NCBI GenBank assembly: GCA_041661745.1
Contig: JBAZTR010000003.1
Location: 91,007 to 155,006, forward strand
Direction: 5' to 3'
DNA length: 64,000 nt
Source: Patescibacteria group bacterium
Lineage (GTDB): Bacteria > Patescibacteriota > Patescibacteriia > UBA9934 > GWF2-40-263
Positions 59,870 through 64,000 of this stretch are shown here, one piece after another. The notes under the pieces were generated by a model, which did no database searches, had not been told where the DNA came from, and saw only the letters and a list, made by a program, of their open reading frames with translations. Made by a program: the position numbers and the translations under genes. The stretch's first letter is position 1. Every line of letters begins with the position of its first letter.

Positions 59870-60220
59870 TTAAATACTTCTGATTAGTTGGTTTAAGAAG
59901 AAGCTAGTATTTTTCGCTTTCAATTCCAATTTTTTAAATTTATCTTCGTCTATATATTTTTGTCTATAAGAGAAACTTATCAGAAAAATCGTTTCTGTTA
60001 AAGAGGCGCGGGCTATTACCAAGAATCTTTTGAAATCCTGTTTGGTTCCCCGCGAGTGACCTTCGACAATATTTAAGACAACTGAAAGGGCGGCACGTCT
60101 TAATTGTGATGTAACATTGTACTGTTCCTCTTTTGGAAAAAAGAATGTTGCCGTGTAAATGTTTTCCAACAAATCATCGGCTTTCTGCCAAACTAAAAGG
60201 TTTTCGTAAGGATACTTCAT
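59870..60220 (-). CDS. Four-helix-bundle protein (23S rRNA IVP / Avd-like family)
   Basis: YENLLVWQKA, FPKEEQY..TSQLRRAALSV..NI.EG, FL.IARASL.E. Confidence 0.9.
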   Translation of the reverse strand: MKYPYENLLVWQKADDLLENIYTATFFFPKEEQYNVTSQLRRAALSVVLNIVEGHSRGTKQDFKRFLVIARASLTETIFLISFSYRQKYIDEDKFKKLELKAKNTSFFLNQLIRSI

Positions 60221-60340
60221 ATCGTGTTTGGAAGTGTCTTGAAGTGTTGGGAAGGGCTTTGGAATATTTATATTAAAGAAATTTAGTTCAATAACCCTTC
60301 TAAACCCTTTTAAGCCCTTCAGAACCCTTCCTAACCCTTT
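60221..60340 (-). repeat. Periodic inverted array, copy 2
   Basis: Shares GAAGGGCTTTGGAATATTTATATTAAAGAAAT.TAGTTCAAT with copy 1. Confidence 0.85.
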
Positions 60341-60379
60341 AAAAAAACCTCGCATCTGGGGACACGAGGTTTTTTGAAA

Positions 60380-60643
60380 TTACTTCAATCCAAGTTCGTC
60401 CTTTAATTTCTGCCAAGCCTTTTTGTCTTCGCGTTCCAAGTAGGAAAGCAAGCGGCGGCGTTCGTTAACTTTTTTGATAAGACCGCGGCGGCTGGAGAAA
60501 TCTTTTTTGTGCATTTTAAGGTGCTCGGTGAGCTCCTTAACTTCGGCCGTGAGAAGGGCGGCTTGCACCTGCGGCGAACCGGTGTCCGAGGCATGGGTGC
60601 GGAACTTCTCGATAATTTTTTGTTTCTTTTGCGGGTCGAGCAT
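60380..60643 (-). CDS. rpsO: 30S ribosomal protein S15
   Basis: DTGSPQVQ, HL..HKKDFSSRRGL. Confidence 0.97.
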   Translation of the reverse strand: MLDPQKKQKIIEKFRTHASDTGSPQVQAALLTAEVKELTEHLKMHKKDFSSRRGLIKKVNERRRLLSYLEREDKKAWQKLKDELGLK

Positions 60644-60653
60644 ATTTGCTTTG

Positions 60654-60705
60654 TGTCGATCTCCCTAGCCTGGGGGACTCAATCCCCGGGCCAAGCAAGG
60701 CGACA
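60654..60705 (-). promoter_or_regulatory. Putative S15 autoregulatory leader RNA
   Basis: TGTCG/CGACA-closed hairpin with GGGGA/TCCCC upper stem, just before the rpsO ATG. Confidence 0.55.
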
Positions 60706-60825
60706 ATGGTTATTAATTACGAAGGGAGTTTAGCTTAAGTTACGCAGAATGTCAATAATTGACGTTTTGTGTATTTTTTGTTAAATTACTTCGTCGTTCT
60801 CTAACAATCTTCCTCGGAGTCGCAA

Positions 60826-61893
60826 ATGATGACCGATATCCTTAACCTTGTTGCCCAGACCCCGGCCCTTCTGTGGATCCCGACGGCAGTCTTTGCCATT
60901 CAGGTTCTCCTTTCTTTCTGGTTGTCTCGTATAAACATCTGGGAGGAGAAAGGGGCTTGGCGTTCTTCTTTCGGTGACGGGCTTGACCAGCGCGATGCCG
61001 CCTTCCTTTTTTCTGCTGTTATGTGGTTGATTTTCTTTATTGGTGGTTTTTTTTGGGCAATGCCCGGTAGAGATCCTTTCACTGGGCTTCATATTCCGAA
61101 TAGTGCCCATTGGGCCGAGTTCGGAGTCATGTGGGCGTTCGTCGGAGCCTTCCTTGGTTCCAGCGCCGTCATCATCTACACCAAACGCCTCCTGGTCTGG
61201 CTCTGCACCAAGATTTGGGAGGGTACGGTTTTGACCGGCGAGACCCTAATCTCCAGTGTGCAGACCGTGCAGCACAAGACGGCCGACTGGAAGAGGAACA
61301 GACAGGCACAACGGTCGGTTTCATCCAAGATGGCCCGCACCAGCGCCGCACTTTACCTGGACGAGCTCATGGATGCCATCCCGGTCGAGTTCGCCGAAGC
61401 CCGGGGTCTTGCCAAGAGGATGGCCACCGAGGCGGTCGACGTTCTTCTCGACCAGCGGCGGCGGTTACTCCACGACATCGAGGTCATGCTCAACAACACC
61501 AAGCGCCACAAGCGTGCGGCTCCAAGGAGTCCCGAGGAAAAGGCAAGACAGCAGCTTCTCGATGGCATCGCCAAGTCGCGCGAGCGACTCATTGCGGTCG
61601 AGACCAGGCTCCATGAGCTTCTGCTCTTCCTCGATAGTGAAGCTGAAATATGCATTCGCCTGGCAGTTCAGCAGGGCGACGGAGAGGAGAAAATCGTGGA
61701 GATCCTCCGAGACTACGCCGAGAAGAGGAGGATCGTCTTCGCCGAGCCGAGCCCGGTCGACCCCGCCCTTCGCATGGCGACAGAGGAGATCGAAAGGCTC
61801 AGTGCACAAGTGGCTGGAGATCCTTCGGCGTTCGAAGCGGACGCTAGAAGACGTACTGCAGCCGCAGCTCACGCCTCGAGGACTACCTCGTAG
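60826..61893 (+). CDS. GC-rich hypothetical membrane protein with coiled-coil C-terminus
   Basis: Three TM helices then a helical region; own promoter TTGACG-17-TAAATT, boxA-like CGTTCTCTAACA, SD GGAG. Confidence 0.7.
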   Translation: MMTDILNLVAQTPALLWIPTAVFAIQVLLSFWLSRINIWEEKGAWRSSFGDGLDQRDAAFLFSAVMWLIFFIGGFFWAMPGRDPFTGLHIPNSAHWAEFGVMWAFVGAFLGSSAVIIYTKRLLVWLCTKIWEGTVLTGETLISSVQTVQHKTADWKRNRQAQRSVSSKMARTSAALYLDELMDAIPVEFAEARGLAKRMATEAVDVLLDQRRRLLHDIEVMLNNTKRHKRAAPRSPEEKARQQLLDGIAKSRERLIAVETRLHELLLFLDSEAEICIRLAVQQGDGEEKIVEILRDYAEKRRIVFAEPSPVDPALRMATEEIERLSAQVAGDPSAFEADARRRTAAAAHASRTTS

Positions 61894-61975
61894 GCATCAA
61901 GGGACAACCTGTCCCACCCCAATCGCAAGGTTGGGGATTTTTTTAAAATAAATAGCACGATTTTTATCGCGCTAT

Positions 61976-62461
61976 TTATTTTTTCTTTTTAAAAATCATC
62001 AGGTATGTGTCAGAATATTTTTTTCTATGGACGGTTTTAATAGTTGTGAAACCAACTTTTTTGTAACACTGAATAGCGTGTTCGTTATTGGTAAGCACTT
62101 CCAGTTGTATAAGGTTTTCGCCAGGAAATTTTTTGAAAAACCATTTTATGGCTTTATTCATGGAGATCGCCCCAATTCCCTGCCCCCAGAATTTCTTTTC
62201 ACCGATGGCGATGTAGATTTCAAAATGTTTTTTCCGCGGTTTCTTTTGAATCAAAATGTGCCCAATTGGTTTTTTGTCCGCGGTGATTATGAAATCGAAT
62301 TTATCAGAATCTTCTAAATGTCTTTTAAGAATTTTGTCGACTTCTTTTGGTTCAATCGGGCCGTCTTTTTCAGAAGTTAGTTTCCGTATTTCGTCATCGT
62401 TCCACCATTTATAAAAGAGGGGAAAATGAGAGGTTTTGAGTTTGATTAGGCTGATGATCAT
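61976..62461 (-). CDS. GNAT family acetyltransferase (RimJ/RimL-like)
   Basis: IGEKKFWGQGIG and N..AIQCYKKVGF motifs. Confidence 0.85.
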   Translation of the reverse strand: MIISLIKLKTSHFPLFYKWWNDDEIRKLTSEKDGPIEPKEVDKILKRHLEDSDKFDFIITADKKPIGHILIQKKPRKKHFEIYIAIGEKKFWGQGIGAISMNKAIKWFFKKFPGENLIQLEVLTNNEHAIQCYKKVGFTTIKTVHRKKYSDTYLMIFKKKK

Positions 62462-63531
62462 ACCCCCACTTTAAAATTGCAGGTGTCGCCATCGCGCATT
62501 GTGTAATTTTTTCCTTCAGTGCGTAATTTGCCGGCTTCGCGCGCGCCAGATTCACCAAGCTCAACAAAATCTTTCCAGTCAATAATCTCGGCACAGATAA
62601 AAGCCTTTTCAAAATCCGTGTGAATAACACCGGCCGCCTGTGGGGCTTTAGTCCCCTTCTTAATAGTCCAAGCGCGAGATTCTTTTTCGCCAGAAGTTAA
62701 GAAAGTAATAAGGTCGAGGAGTTCGTAGCACTTCAAAATCATGCGGTCGAGGCCGGAACGACTTAGACCAAGCGACTCGAGGAAAGTTTTTTGTTCCTCG
62801 GCTGGCATTTCCATTATTTCTGATTCTATTTTTACGCTTAAGGGTAAAGCTAAACGATCGGGACCAAGCGGACTTTGCCAATTCGGATCAGCCGCAGAAG
62901 CCTCGTCAACATTGATAACGTAAAGCACTGGCTTGAGGGTTAGAAGTTGCATTCCTTTGATGGCTTTTTGTTCATCTTCGGAAAGTTCAACCAGACGAGC
63001 CTGCTTTCCAGCTTGAATAGCAAGATTTATTTTTTCCAAAGCACTGGCCTCTTCTTCTTTTTCTTTAGTCTTGCCAGCTTTCAATTCACCTTGCAGGCTA
63101 TGGAGACGTTTTTGAACAACATCAAGGTCAGCCATGGCTAATTCTAATTCAATAATTTCCACGTCCCTGATCGGATCAACATCGCCGCTAACATGGTGGA
63201 CATTCGGATCCTTGAAAGCGCGTACCACATGGGCAATCATGTCGACCTCGCGGATGTTGGCCAAGAATTTGTTTCCAAGCCCCTCGCCTTTATGTGCCCC
63301 GGCCACCAAGCCGGCGATGTCGACAAACTCGATGGCCGTGGTGATGGTCTTTTGTGATTTGGAAACTCGTGACAGGGCTTGTAGGCGCTCGTCGGGAACT
63401 TCAACAATACCAACGTTCGGTTCGATGGTGCAGAAAGGAAAGTTTTCACAAGGCACCTGTTTTTTAGTCAGGGTTTTGAAAAGGGTGGATTTGCCAACGT
63501 TGGGCAGGCCGACGATGCCGACTTGTAGCAT
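62458..63531 (-). CDS. ychF: Redox-regulated ATPase YchF
   Basis: GIVGLPNVGKSTLF, FCTIEPN, DIAGLV.GA..GEGLGNKFL, TGS domain. Confidence 0.96.
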   Translation of the reverse strand: MLQVGIVGLPNVGKSTLFKTLTKKQVPCENFPFCTIEPNVGIVEVPDERLQALSRVSKSQKTITTAIEFVDIAGLVAGAHKGEGLGNKFLANIREVDMIAHVVRAFKDPNVHHVSGDVDPIRDVEIIELELAMADLDVVQKRLHSLQGELKAGKTKEKEEEASALEKINLAIQAGKQARLVELSEDEQKAIKGMQLLTLKPVLYVINVDEASAADPNWQSPLGPDRLALPLSVKIESEIMEMPAEEQKTFLESLGLSRSGLDRMILKCYELLDLITFLTSGEKESRAWTIKKGTKAPQAAGVIHTDFEKAFICAEIIDWKDFVELGESGAREAGKLRTEGKNYTMRDGDTCNFKVGV

Positions 63532-63583
63532 AGGAGGGTTTGGAAGGGTTTAGAAGAGTTAAGAAGGGCTGGGAAGGGCTTTG
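63532..63583 (-). repeat. Five 10-nt units abutting the ychF start codon
   Basis: TAGGAGGGTT TGGAAGGGTT TAGAAGAGTT AAGAAGGGCT GGGAAGGGCT. Confidence 0.85.
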
Positions 63584-63660
63584 TGTCGATTGATAATATA
63601 GCTTTTTGCGGTAATTATGTCGAGAAACAAAAAACGGCCATTTCTATTATGGTCGTTTTT

Positions 63661-63736
63661 TGGTGGACCGTAACGGGATCGAACCGTTGACCTCTTCCAT
63701 GCCATGGAAGCGCTCTACCAGCTGAGCTAACGGCCC
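63661..63736 (-). tRNA. tRNA-Ala(GGC)
   Basis: GGGCCGT..ACGGTCC acceptor with G3-U70, CTTCC-ATGGCAT-GGAAG anticodon arm, ACCA end. Confidence 0.95.
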
Positions 63737-63769
63737 ATTTTTTTAGACCGTTAGCGAAGCTGTTCTTTT

Positions 63770-63841
63770 CAGCTGCGAGGTCGAGCTAAGCTCGACGAAG
63801 TCCGCCGAAGCCCGAGGGGCGAAGGCGGAAGCTAACGGCCC
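63770..63841 (-). pseudogene. Interrupted 5' fragment of tRNA-Ala with a 54-nt double-hairpin insert
   Basis: GGGCCGTTAGCT[63776-63829]CAGCTG versus intact GGGCCGTTAGCTCAGCTG. Confidence 0.85.
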
Positions 63842-63891
63842 ATCTTCTGTGGCAATAGAATAACTAATTTTTATTTTTTGGTCAAGACGGC

Positions 63892-64000
63892 TTATTCAAT
63901 CGGCTCTACGGCGGTTTCTGATACTTTCCCGTTCTTAAGGCCATCAAGCCTTGATTTGACCAATTCATTATTTGGATTTAATTCAAGAACTTTTTCAACC
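63892..64000 (-). CDS. C-terminus of a probable TPR protein, truncated by window edge
   Basis: ...VEKVLELNPNNELVKSRLDGLKNGKVSETAVEPIE*. Confidence 0.55.
   Translation of the reverse strand, partial: VEKVLELNPNNELVKSRLDGLKNGKVSETAVEPIE

Noticed and set aside
59721-60340. CRISPR array or diversity-generating retroelement
   Set aside because: There are no unique spacers and no cas genes. The protein is Avd-like, but I found no reverse transcriptase or TR/VR pair in the window.

Overview
Chromosomal window from a small-genome bacterium. The gene content (T4SS-type pilin array, SD-less AT-rich leaders, H+-PPase, no biosynthetic operons) points to Patescibacteria/CPR; this is inference. It spans the replication origin (dnaN-oriC-dnaA, rpmH-rnpA-yidD) and includes housekeeping genes (ruvB, tig, nfo, rnhB, pnp, rpsO, ychF, lspA, galU), cell-wall and polysaccharide genes, a small Fe-S/iron cluster, five tandem pilins and six tRNAs. 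No CRISPR array, integrase, transposase or rRNA was seen. The most unusual signals are non-coding. (1) Four of the six tRNA genes are preceded, right behind their own sigma70 promoter, by a partial copy of themselves split by a GC-rich palindromic insert starting TCC(C)GCC; one such locus also carries a small GIY-YIG nuclease. (2) A ~450-nt, promoter- and terminator-bounded structured RNA of no family I recognise lies next to a distal DnaA-box cluster. (3) Arrays of 4-5 units with an exact 10-nt period abut the start codons of four genes, one encoding an Avd/IVP-like four-helix-bundle protein that is itself flanked by duplicated copies of the array. (4) A distinct class of GC-rich, SD-led orphan genes is scattered among the AT-rich SD-less core genes.
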